In this document: positions 38,523 through 47,192 of the stretch, in pieces
How the letters are laid out: each line of letters begins with the position of its first letter
How positions within the stretch are numbered: position 1 is the first letter of the stretch
Origin: Eubacteriales bacterium
GTDB lineage: Bacteria; Bacillota; Clostridia; Oscillospirales; CAG-272
Length of the DNA stretch: 64,000 bases
NCBI GenBank assembly: GCA_045658315.1
Contig: JAZOUV010000023.1
Location: 15,065-79,064, forward strand
Reading direction: 5' to 3'
The notes under the pieces: model-generated
Databases searched by the model: none
Told to the model about the DNA's origin: nothing
What the model saw: the letters and a program-made list of their open reading frames with translations, nothing else
Program-made: the position numbers and the translations under genes

Positions 38523-38697
38523 CAGTTATATTCGCCTTGCGGCGAGTTATATTGCTTCGCAGTTATATTTGCTTCGCAAGTGTTATTGCCCTTCGGGCAG
38601 TTAGGGGCGAATATTATATCACTGAAACCGCAGGTTTCAATATCACATTTTGCATAGCAAAATATATCACTCCGACGAAGTCGGAATATCACCAAAA
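38523..38697. repeat. multi-hairpin array element, copy A
   Basis: Left half: GTTATAT-type spacers (38525, 38546, 38562; degenerate at 38580 and 38600), each followed by a short hairpin. Right half: ATATCAC spacers at 38616, 38640, 38664 and 38686 (period 24, 24, 22), each followed by a 6-7-bp hairpin with a 3-nt loop. Long-range complement: 38528-38536 with 38606-38614. Confidence 0.85.
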
Positions 38698-38770
38698 ACT
38701 TACTGTTTATGTGAGAATTCGAATTCATACGCAAAAACGCCAGAAAATATCTTTTTTGTAGCCTATAGGC

Positions 38771-38805
38771 AAAAAGAAAAGTCGCGTCAGCGACTTTTTC
38801 TTTTT
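38771..38805 (-). terminator. terminator after the isocitrate dehydrogenase gene (bidirectional shape)
   Basis: AAAAAGAAAAGTCGC-gtca-GCGACTTTTTCTTTTT. Confidence 0.7.
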
Positions 38806-38944
38806 GTTCTCTTCACTTTTCTCTTTTTCCAAAGGAAAGTTGTATAGTAAAAAAGGCATGTTCAAAGAGTGAAAATATGGTTAGCCTTTAGGGAAATCAC
38901 TCGTGTTGTGTATACAAAACAAGGCATTTGTTATGTATAACTTG

Positions 38945-40057
38945 TTATAAAGAGTTGATTATTGCATCACCATAATTTTTACACGTAGCCCCCTCCGGTG
39001 TTCCTGTAACGGTAACAGTGCACGAATTTAGAGCGTCTTCCAGTTGTTTTGCCACATCAGTACGGCAAATGTGTCGCAGAAGCATAACTGTTGCACGGAG
39101 TATGCTTTCGGGATTTGCGTATTCGCTTAATCCTTCTTCCACCATTCGAGGAGCAGAGCCGTGGATTGCTTCAAACATAGCAAATCTGTCTCCGACGTTG
39201 GAACTGCCGGCTGTACCGACACCGCCTTGAAGCTGTGCGGCTTCATCGGTGATAATATCCCCGTATAGATTTGGAAGCAATACTACTTGGAACTGATTTC
39301 TGATTGCAGGATTTACGAGATTTGCTGTCATAATGTCGATATACCAATCATCTACGGATATTTCGGGATAATCTTTTGCAACCTCATGGCAGATAGCAGT
39401 AAATTTACCGTCGGTTTTTTTCATAATATTAGCTTTTGTAACGACAGAAACACGAGTTTTGCCATTTTGCTGTGCGTAGTCGAAAGCCGCTTTAGCGATG
39501 CGGCGTGTTCCAAGGTCGGTGGTAACTTTAAAATCTACCGCCATACCGGGTAATTCTATGCCACGACTGCCTAAAACATACTCACCTTCGGTATTTTCGC
39601 GGAAAAATATCCAGTCAATACCTTCATTTGGAACAGCAACAGGACGTACATTGGCATAGAGATCTAATTCACGGCGTAATGCTACGTTGGCACTTTCCAT
39701 CGTACCGCCCATCGGGGTGGTTGTAGGGCCTTTCAGCAAAACGTCACACTCTTTTATTTGTGTCAGAACATCGTCTGGTATGGATCTTTTCTGTTCCAAT
39801 CTGTTTTCAATTGTCAAGCCTTGTATTTCTTTTAAAATTATGGTTCCGTTTTTCAGTTCTTCCGACAGAAGTTTTTGCAGAATTTTTTTTGCTTGTTCCA
39901 TAATGGTGGGACCGATCCCGTCGCCGTCAATCAAACCAATGACGACGGTTTCTTTTTTTGTGTAGTCGGTTTTTTGGGAGTCCATATCGGATATTCGCTG
40001 TAACTGCTCTTGAAGAAGCTTGCGGAAGCTTTCACACGCCATATCTAATTTGTTCAT
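38945..40057 (-). CDS. icd: isocitrate/isopropylmalate dehydrogenase-family enzyme, probably isocitrate dehydrogenase
   Basis: 370 aa. Beta-decarboxylating dehydrogenase motifs (LLKGPTTTP, NLYGDIITDEAAQLQGGVG). The operon context with aconitase and a citrate-synthase-like gene favours IDH. Confidence 0.8.
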   Translation of the reverse strand: MNKLDMACESFRKLLQEQLQRISDMDSQKTDYTKKETVVIGLIDGDGIGPTIMEQAKKILQKLLSEELKNGTIILKEIQGLTIENRLEQKRSIPDDVLTQIKECDVLLKGPTTTPMGGTMESANVALRRELDLYANVRPVAVPNEGIDWIFFRENTEGEYVLGSRGIELPGMAVDFKVTTDLGTRRIAKAAFDYAQQNGKTRVSVVTKANIMKKTDGKFTAICHEVAKDYPEISVDDWYIDIMTANLVNPAIRNQFQVVLLPNLYGDIITDEAAQLQGGVGTAGSSNVGDRFAMFEAIHGSAPRMVEEGLSEYANPESILRATVMLLRHICRTDVAKQLEDALNSCTVTVTGTPEGATCKNYGDAIINSL

Positions 40058-41979
40058 TGTCCGCCCTCCTTTGTATAATTAAGCAGACCACCCAGTTTTA
40101 TAATCTTTTGTTGACGAGTGGTAAAATTACATACGCCATAGATTGTACTGTTTGTGGTTTCGTTGAAAATGGCAATTCTCCCTTTTTCTATACCACTGTG
40201 AATATCTGTCAAGCGTAAGATATGATCTTGTTGCAGAGAATCATAATCATCGGGATTTTCAAAGGTTAAAGGAAGGATTCCTGAGTTAATAAGGTTTGCT
40301 ACATGTATTCTGGCAAAGCTCTTTGCGATGACACAGCGAACCCCAAGATACATAGGCACTAACGCGGCGTGTTCACGCGAGGAGCCTTGACCGTAGTTAC
40401 TGCCGCCTATAATAATACAATCACCTGCATTTTTTGCTCTTTCGGGGAAAGAGGGGTCGCAGACCTCAAAGCAATATTGTGACAGGTGCGGTATATTTGA
40501 ACGGTAAGGTAAGATCTTAGCACCTGCAGGCATAATATGGTCGGTGGTAATATTGTCACCGACTTTTAATACCGCTTTTGCAGAGAGGGTGTTTGTGATT
40601 GCTTTTGATTTTGGAAATTCCTTGATATTCGGACCGCGAAGAATTTCCATGTTACTACCGTTTTCGGGGGGAGCAATAACTGCAGAGTCATCAATATAAA
40701 AAGAATCGGGAAGTGTCGGAGTCGTAATGGGTGTTAGCGTAGTAGGGTCAGTAATATATCCCGTTAATGCAGATGCTGCAGCTGTTTCGGGAGAAACCAA
40801 ATAGACCTGCCCGTCCTTAGTGCCGCTACGGCCGTGGAAGTTGCGGTTGAAGGTACGGAGGCTGACACCGCCGGAATTGGGAGAGAAGCCCATACCGATA
40901 CATGGACCGCAGGTACATTCAAGCAAACGAGCCCCGCTGGCAAGAATGTCAGCTAAAGCACCTTGCTGCGAAAGCATAGTCAAAACCTGGCGAGAGCCGG
41001 GAGAAACGGAGAGGCTGACATTAGGGGCAATAGTCTTATCCTTGAGAATGGCTGCAACTTTTAACAAATCAAGCAGAGAGGAATTGGTGCATGAACCAAT
41101 GCAGATCTGATCTACCCGAGTGTTTTTTAAGCTGTCTACAGGGACTACGTTATCGGGACTGTGGGGGCAAGCAATAAGAGGCTTTAACTCAGACAGATTT
41201 ATTTCAATAATTCTGTCATATTTTGCATCGGGATCGGCAGTGATAGGTGTGAAATCCTTTTCACGACCTTGTGCTGCTAAAAACGCTTTGGTCACGTCAT
41301 CCGACGGAAAAATAGAAGTGGTTGCACCTAATTCTGTACCCATATTAGTTATTGTTGCACGTTCAGGCACACTTAATGAATCTATACCCGGACCGCCCCA
41401 CTCAATGATAGCACCGACTCCTCCTTTGACAGAGAGGATACGAAGCAATTCGAGGCTGATATCTTTAGCCGTTACAAAAGGACGGAGAGAGCCGGTAAGG
41501 TGTACTTTATAAATTTTAGGCATAGTGATGTAGTATGCCCCGCCCGCCATAGCAACTGCAACATCCATACCGCCTGCACCGAATGCAAGCATTCCGATAC
41601 CGCCCGCCGTAGGTGTATGGCTGTCGGAGCCGATAAGGGTTTTACCGGGGATTCCGAAGCGTTCCAAATGTACTTGGTGGCAGATACCGTTTCCGGGACG
41701 GGAAAAGTGAACGCCGTGTTTTGCCGCAACTGTTTGCAGGTATCTGTGATCATCAGCATTTTCATAACCGCATTGCAAGGTGTTGTGATCAACATAGGCA
41801 ATACTGAATTCCGTTTTTACACGGGGAATATCCATTGTTTCAAATTCCAGATACGCCATTGTACCGGTAGCATCCTGTGTGAGAGTTTGGTCGATACGGA
41901 GAGCAACTTCACTTCCGGGAGTCATATCGCCGGATACAAGATGGGCGGCTATAATTTTTTGTGCAATTGTTTTACTCAT
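40054..41979 (-). CDS. acn: aconitate hydratase
   Basis: ~641 aa. Fe-S ligand regions GSDSHT, IGSCTN and CGPCIGMG, with a C-terminal swivel domain. Start at ATG 41979 behind GAGGT. It overlaps the end of the GntR gene by 8 nt. Confidence 0.9.
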   Translation of the reverse strand: MSKTIAQKIIAAHLVSGDMTPGSEVALRIDQTLTQDATGTMAYLEFETMDIPRVKTEFSIAYVDHNTLQCGYENADDHRYLQTVAAKHGVHFSRPGNGICHQVHLERFGIPGKTLIGSDSHTPTAGGIGMLAFGAGGMDVAVAMAGGAYYITMPKIYKVHLTGSLRPFVTAKDISLELLRILSVKGGVGAIIEWGGPGIDSLSVPERATITNMGTELGATTSIFPSDDVTKAFLAAQGREKDFTPITADPDAKYDRIIEINLSELKPLIACPHSPDNVVPVDSLKNTRVDQICIGSCTNSSLLDLLKVAAILKDKTIAPNVSLSVSPGSRQVLTMLSQQGALADILASGARLLECTCGPCIGMGFSPNSGGVSLRTFNRNFHGRSGTKDGQVYLVSPETAAASALTGYITDPTTLTPITTPTLPDSFYIDDSAVIAPPENGSNMEILRGPNIKEFPKSKAITNTLSAKAVLKVGDNITTDHIMPAGAKILPYRSNIPHLSQYCFEVCDPSFPERAKNAGDCIIIGGSNYGQGSSREHAALVPMYLGVRCVIAKSFARIHVANLINSGILPLTFENPDDYDSLQQDHILRLTDIHSGIEKGRIAIFNETTNSTIYGVCNFTTRQQKIIKLGGLLNYTKEGGQ

Positions 41980-42625
41980 GATAATTAAACCTCGCAATCA
42001 TGTTATCTTTTGCGTGACCGATATGCTGAGCTATCAATTCAGATGCAAGCTCGGCTTTGCCGGATGTAATGGCATTAAAAATTGCCTTGTGTTCCTGAAT
42101 GGAATGCTCCAAGCGTTCAGGGTTCTCAATGGAAAGCTTTCGATATCGCATAGTTTTACGGTGGAGAGGCATCAATGTATCTCGGATAACGGTACGCTGG
42201 CTCAGTTCGTATATGGTATCGTGAAATTGGTCATCCATTTGTCTGAGGTGTTCAACATCCTTGCGGGAGTAATAAAAGTCTTGAAGCTCACTTATCTGCT
42301 TCAGTTTTTCCAAACCTTCGGGAGTCAAATTGATTGTTGCATAATAAGCCGCAAGGCTTTCTACTCGCTGGCGAATTTGCATAATATCAACAAGGTCTTC
42401 TACTGTAATGCCGAGAACAACAGAACCTTTTCCGGATTCTCGGATAAGTCTTTCCTGTTCCAGACGCCGCAATGCTTCTCGTATCGGGGTTCTGCTGACT
42501 CCTAATTCTTCGACCAATTTAAGTTCAGTGAGAATTTCTCCTCGCGGATAAACTCCGGTAATAATATCATTTTCCAACTGTTCAAACACTTGATTGGCAA
42601 GTGATATGGTTTTGAATTCTGCCAT
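41972..42625 (-). CDS. GntR-family transcriptional regulator (FadR/FCD subfamily)
   Basis: 217 aa. N-terminal winged HTH (LKLVEELGVSRTPIREALRRLEQERLI) and a C-terminal all-helical FCD-like domain. Confidence 0.9.
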   Translation of the reverse strand: MAEFKTISLANQVFEQLENDIITGVYPRGEILTELKLVEELGVSRTPIREALRRLEQERLIRESGKGSVVLGITVEDLVDIMQIRQRVESLAAYYATINLTPEGLEKLKQISELQDFYYSRKDVEHLRQMDDQFHDTIYELSQRTVIRDTLMPLHRKTMRYRKLSIENPERLEHSIQEHKAIFNAITSGKAELASELIAQHIGHAKDNMIARFNYHE

Positions 42626-42638
42626 TTGAATTCACTCC

Positions 42639-44012
42639 TTACACTGTGAACCGGCCGGGTGCCAGTTCTTCGATTTTTAATTCCAGTTCTTTTCTGGAGA
42701 TTGTGGTTTGTCTGCCTATATCATATTCGCTGTCAACCCAAGCTTTGAGGGCAAGCACAAGATCATCATTTTTGCCTATCATTTTTTCCGGAGCCAAAGA
42801 ATAGTTTTGGTTGATCCAGTATGCAATGCCTGCCAAACCTGAGGTTTTGCTTATTTCTACCGTTGCAGGACGGTTTAAAAGCTTATTGGTATCAAAAATG
42901 GTATATATTTCGGCATCCTTCATAAGACCGTCTGCGTGGATACCGGCACGGGTAGAGTTGAAATTTTTTCCTACGAAGGGAGTCATAACAGGAATGTTAT
43001 AGCCGATATCTTTTTCAAAGAATTCAGCGATCTCAGTGATGACAGTAGGATTCATACCGTCCAAAGAGCCTCTGAGTGATGCGTATTCAAACACCATTGC
43101 TTCAAGGGGAACATTGCCGGTGCGTTCTCCGATACCTAAAAGAGAACAGTTTACTGCACAAGCACCGTAAAGCCAAGCGGTAGATGCATTGGCAACAGCT
43201 TTGTAAAAATCGTTATGACCGTGCCATTCCAACCATTCGCTGGGAACGTCAGAGTAATGCTGTAAACCATAAATAATACCGGAAACGCTTCTTGGCATTG
43301 CGGCTTCTGTATAGGGAACGCCGTAGCCCATGGTATCACACGCCCGGATTTTTACCGGGATTCCTGCCTGCCGTGACAGCTTTTGTAATTCGTTGACAAA
43401 AGGAACAACGAAACCGTAAAAATCAGCTCGTGTAATATCTTCAAGATGGCAACGAGGAATGACACCCGCTTCAAAAGCATCCGAGATGGTAGCCAGGTAA
43501 TGTTCGAGTGCCTGTCGGCGTGTCATTTTCATTTTTTTAAAAATGTGATAGTCGCTACAACTTACGAGAATACCTGTTTCTTTCAGTCCTAAGTCGCGTA
43601 CAAGACGAAAATCCTCTTTGCTGGCACGGATCCAGCTTGTAATCTGAGGGAATTTCAAATCGAGAGATAGGCATTTTTCGAGAGCTAAGCGGTCTTTTTG
43701 GCTGTAAATAAAAAATTCTGTTTGGCGAATAATGCCGTATGGACCGCCTAAGCGTGAAAGATACTGATAGATTTTAACAATTTGATCTACGCTATATGGC
43801 TCTACCGATTGCTGTCCGTCCCGAAGAGTAGTATCGGTGATCCAAATTTCTTCAGGCATATTCATCGGTACGCGTCGGTGGTTGAAGGAGACCTTGGGAA
43901 CAGAGCCGTAGGCGTAAATATCACGTTGAAGATTTGGTTCTTCAACGTCCTGCAGAGAGTATTTATAGGATTTTTGTTCTAATAGATTTGTTTTGTTAGA
44001 AATTTCAAGCAT
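42639..44012 (-). CDS. homocitrate/isopropylmalate-synthase-family enzyme, candidate Re-citrate synthase
   Basis: 457 aa. DRE-TIM metallolyase motifs ITDTTLRDGQQS and HGHNDF. It is the first gene of an operon with a GntR regulator, aconitase and IDH. Confidence 0.7.
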   Translation of the reverse strand: MLEISNKTNLLEQKSYKYSLQDVEEPNLQRDIYAYGSVPKVSFNHRRVPMNMPEEIWITDTTLRDGQQSVEPYSVDQIVKIYQYLSRLGGPYGIIRQTEFFIYSQKDRLALEKCLSLDLKFPQITSWIRASKEDFRLVRDLGLKETGILVSCSDYHIFKKMKMTRRQALEHYLATISDAFEAGVIPRCHLEDITRADFYGFVVPFVNELQKLSRQAGIPVKIRACDTMGYGVPYTEAAMPRSVSGIIYGLQHYSDVPSEWLEWHGHNDFYKAVANASTAWLYGACAVNCSLLGIGERTGNVPLEAMVFEYASLRGSLDGMNPTVITEIAEFFEKDIGYNIPVMTPFVGKNFNSTRAGIHADGLMKDAEIYTIFDTNKLLNRPATVEISKTSGLAGIAYWINQNYSLAPEKMIGKNDDLVLALKAWVDSEYDIGRQTTISRKELELKIEELAPGRFTV

Positions 44013-44041
44013 ACCTAATCATCCTTTCCGGAGAAAAATTC

Positions 44042-44078
44042 TTGTATACAATTATACACAAAAAAAGAAAATTGTCAA
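44042..44078 (-). promoter_or_regulatory. promoter of the citrate-synthase-like operon with adjacent palindromic operator candidate
   Basis: On the minus strand, TTGACA (44078-44073), a 16-nt spacer, then TATAAT (44056-44051). The perfect palindrome TTGTATACAA (44042-44051) follows directly at the predicted TSS. It has the GT-N-AC core typical of GntR-family operators. Confidence 0.65.
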
Positions 44079-44179
44079 TACAATATGAAATAAAAAATAA
44101 AAGTTTTGGTGCAGATAAAAAAACAAGCAAAAATAATATAGCTCCTCATATTTAATGGTTCACAGTTTTTCCGATAATA

Positions 44180-44208
44180 TTGACTGACTGATAAGATGAT
44201 GATATAAT
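44180..44208 (+). promoter_or_regulatory. promoter of mgtE
   Basis: TTGACT, a 17-nt spacer, then TATAAT. The short ~70-nt leader has no M-box. Confidence 0.65.
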
Positions 44209-44284
44209 AAATTTATTAGGGTACGAGGATAGTGATAGGAACTATGTTCCAAAATAATTATTTATTAAGAAGGGCGGTGTTGTT

Positions 44285-45682
44285 TTGGAAAAGAGAGAAT
44301 TTTTTGAAGCTGAGAAAACAGACTATGGGACAGAGATAGTTGAATTGATACGAGAAAAAAGTTCTGAGGAAGTACTGGGCGAGCAACTGAAAAAATACCA
44401 TGCAAATGATATAGCGGGTATTCTTGTGCATTTAAATGAAGAAGAGTTAGGACGTGTTTTCAAAGGGCTTGATAATGAGACATTGTCGGAGGTATTTTCT
44501 TATCTTGATGATGCGGGCGAGTATTTATCGACAATTGACAGAGAAGAAGCGGCAGACATTATTGAGAATATGGATGCCGATGATGCACACTTTGCACTCG
44601 ACGACCTTGACGAACAGACGAGGAATGAGGTTCTTGAGCTTATTGAGGACGAGGAGATCAAAGAGGATATCGAGCTTATTGAGTCTTATGAAGAAGAGCA
44701 GTTCGGCAGTAAGATGAGTACAAATTATATAGCCGTTAGACGCGGAATCACAATAAAGGAAGCGATGAGAGGATTGATTGCCGAGGCGGCTGAAAACGAT
44801 AATATATATACGGTGTTTGTTGTAGACGAAGAGGGAAAGTTTTACGGTGCGATTGATTTGAAGGCTCTTATAGTTGCAAGGAGCGATGATGATTTTGAAA
44901 GTCTTATAAGTAAGACGTTTCCTTTTGTGTATGATAGGGATAATATTTCCGACAATATTGAGCGTTTACGCGGATACTCCGAGGGATTGATACCCGTTGT
45001 TTCATCTGAGGACAGAAGACTTCTCGGTGTAATTACCGCAAACGTAATAATTGATATGGTTGATGATGCGTTGGGAGAAGATTACGCAAAGCTGGCAGCT
45101 TTGACCGAAGAGGAAGAACCCGACGAGACCTTGCTGAGAAGTATAAAAAAGAGAGTGCCGTGGCTGATAGTGTTGATGTTTATGGGACTTGGGGTATCTG
45201 CCGTTGTAGGACTGTTTGAGGGCGTGGTTGACGCTTTGCCGATGATAGTATCGTTTCAGTCGCTGATACTCGGTATGGCAGGTAACGTCGGAACACAGTC
45301 GCTTGCCGTAACAGTAAGGGTGCTCGGACAGGATGAAAATTTTGGAATTAAGAAACAGTTGAATATAATAGCAAAGGAAACTCGTGTTGCATTTTTGAAC
45401 GGCGTGGTTATAGGTGTGATATCGTTTTTGATTACAGCAGCATATCTTTTTTTGTTAATGGGATATGGAATAGGATTTGCTTTGTCAACTGCGGGCTGTA
45501 TTGGCACTGCAATGTGCTTTGCTATGATGATTTCGGGATTTACCGGGGCAGTAATACCGCTTTGCTTGTATCGCATGGGATTTGACCCTGCTGTAGCATC
45601 GGGGCCGCTGATAACTACGGTGAATGATCTTGCGGCAGTAGTGAGCTATTACGGTTTGGCTTGGGCATTGCTTTTGCATTGA
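44285..45682 (+). CDS. mgtE: magnesium transporter MgtE
   Basis: 465 aa. N-domain, a tandem CBS region, and a C-terminal TM domain with GMAGNVGTQS. TTG start 10 nt after AAGAAGGG. Confidence 0.9.
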   Translation: MEKREFFEAEKTDYGTEIVELIREKSSEEVLGEQLKKYHANDIAGILVHLNEEELGRVFKGLDNETLSEVFSYLDDAGEYLSTIDREEAADIIENMDADDAHFALDDLDEQTRNEVLELIEDEEIKEDIELIESYEEEQFGSKMSTNYIAVRRGITIKEAMRGLIAEAAENDNIYTVFVVDEEGKFYGAIDLKALIVARSDDDFESLISKTFPFVYDRDNISDNIERLRGYSEGLIPVVSSEDRRLLGVITANVIIDMVDDALGEDYAKLAALTEEEEPDETLLRSIKKRVPWLIVLMFMGLGVSAVVGLFEGVVDALPMIVSFQSLILGMAGNVGTQSLAVTVRVLGQDENFGIKKQLNIIAKETRVAFLNGVVIGVISFLITAAYLFLLMGYGIGFALSTAGCIGTAMCFAMMISGFTGAVIPLCLYRMGFDPAVASGPLITTVNDLAAVVSYYGLAWALLLH

Positions 45683-45894
45683 TGTTATAGTGTTTGAGTA
45701 TTGGGAAGCTCTTTACCGAGAAGAGAGAAAAATTTAAATTTATATTTGCTTATAACCATGTAAACGTTTTTTAATCTACGGAGATGTGATTTATAGAGGA
45801 TATTTGATTTAATGTATAGAAAAAATCAAGTAAAAAGCTTCGGTAAAAACAAGAAATCCGAAAGAAAAAAATGGCAGAAAAAAGGTGTAATTTA

Positions 45895-45923
45895 TTGACA
45901 AGGAAATTTGAATATGTTACAAT
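45895..45923 (+). promoter_or_regulatory. promoter of the 351-aa hypothetical gene
   Basis: TTGACA, a 17-nt spacer, then TACAAT. Confidence 0.6.
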
Positions 45924-45984
45924 AAAATCGGTCGATGGGCTTCGGCCGAAAAATTCTATTACAGAGAGAACGAGGTAAAGTAAA

Positions 45985-47040
45985 ATGGCAAAGAGATCAT
46001 TGCTGACAGGCGTTGCTTATCACGGTAACCGCATGCCCTCACACGTAAGACAGGATATGCGTGAGATAGCAAAGGCAGATATGGATATTGTTGTTCATAT
46101 GCTTTCCCATACCGACTGGGACAGACATAAGGACAGAATGAAGGATATTTTTGCGATAACTGAAGACGCAGGAATGGAAGTATGGGTAGACCCGTGGGGC
46201 TTGGGAGGCCCTCCCGGAGATAAGTCGCATTTCCTTGCATACTATCCCGATTCACACATGTATTACAGTAACGGCGAGATGATACCTACTTATGCATGCC
46301 TGAACAGTCCTGATTACCGCAAATTTATAAAGGACTGGATAGACACCGTAGCAGAGCTTGGAGGCAAGACGATAATTTGGGACGAACCCCATATTCCGAA
46401 GAAGAATGTTTCGTCCGAGTCCAAGGACAAGTATTACGGCTGTTGTTGCCCAAGATGTAAGAAGCTGTTTGAGGAAAAGTACGGCAAACCGATGCCATTG
46501 TTTGCTGATGCAGATGCTGAGGAATTTAGAACGGAGTCTATCGTTGATTATTACAAAGACGTAACGGCGTACAGTGCATCATTGGGTATAAAGAATGTTA
46601 TTACAGTTATGCTTCTTCCTAACACAGGTATGGACCTCAGCACGATAGATAAGCTTTGCAGTATTCCTACACTTGATAATATAGGTTCAGATCCATATTG
46701 GTTGAACAGTAAAGGTGCAGACCCTTATGAATATGTATATGAGGGAGCAAAGAAAACGTTGGAAGTATGCGACCGTTTTAACAAAGAGCACAATATATGG
46801 ATTCAGACATACGAAAATCCCCGTGGCAGAGAAGAGGAAATAATTCTGGCTACACAGGCGGCATACGATGCAGGAGCAAGAACCTTGCTTGCATGGGGAT
46901 ATATGGGAAGCGAGTCGAATAACTATGCGGCAAAGAATCCTGAACGTACATGGAATATTACAGTAGAGGCTATGAAGCGTGTCAGAGCAATTGAACGTGA
47001 CAGAGTACTCGAGGAAAAACGTAAGATATATTTCAAATAA
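45985..47040 (+). CDS. hypothetical protein (possibly a TIM-barrel hydrolase-like fold; contains a CCCPRC motif)
   Basis: 351-aa ORF with a GAGG SD and good coding appearance. I recognise no family with confidence. Confidence 0.5.
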   Translation: MAKRSLLTGVAYHGNRMPSHVRQDMREIAKADMDIVVHMLSHTDWDRHKDRMKDIFAITEDAGMEVWVDPWGLGGPPGDKSHFLAYYPDSHMYYSNGEMIPTYACLNSPDYRKFIKDWIDTVAELGGKTIIWDEPHIPKKNVSSESKDKYYGCCCPRCKKLFEEKYGKPMPLFADADAEEFRTESIVDYYKDVTAYSASLGIKNVITVMLLPNTGMDLSTIDKLCSIPTLDNIGSDPYWLNSKGADPYEYVYEGAKKTLEVCDRFNKEHNIWIQTYENPRGREEEIILATQAAYDAGARTLLAWGYMGSESNNYAAKNPERTWNITVEAMKRVRAIERDRVLEEKRKIYFK

Positions 47041-47053
47041 GGAAAAAATTACA

Positions 47054-47101
47054 AAAAGCATTGCACCATTAGTTTCAACGGCTGCAATGCTTTTGTTTTT
47101 T
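47054..47101 (+). terminator. rho-independent terminator
   Basis: AAAAGCATTGCA-(17 nt)-TGCAATGCTTTT plus TGTTTTTT. Confidence 0.7.
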
Positions 47102-47192
47102 AAGCTTAATTCTTATCTTGGTGTGAAAATATTGCAAAATACTTATAAATATGATAAAATGACCCTGTAAAAAAAATTACGGGGTTATTTTT

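Noticed and set aside
38148-38900. An intact genomic island or prophage integrated at tRNA-Ser.
   Set aside because: There is no integrase, excisionase or phage gene between or beyond the repeats. The next gene (icd, convergent) is core metabolism. Only a 249-bp scar is reported.
44085-44284. M-box (ykoK) magnesium riboswitch upstream of mgtE.
   Set aside because: The leader from the predicted promoter is only ~70 nt and lacks M-box conserved segments. The region is AT-rich with no multi-helix structure.
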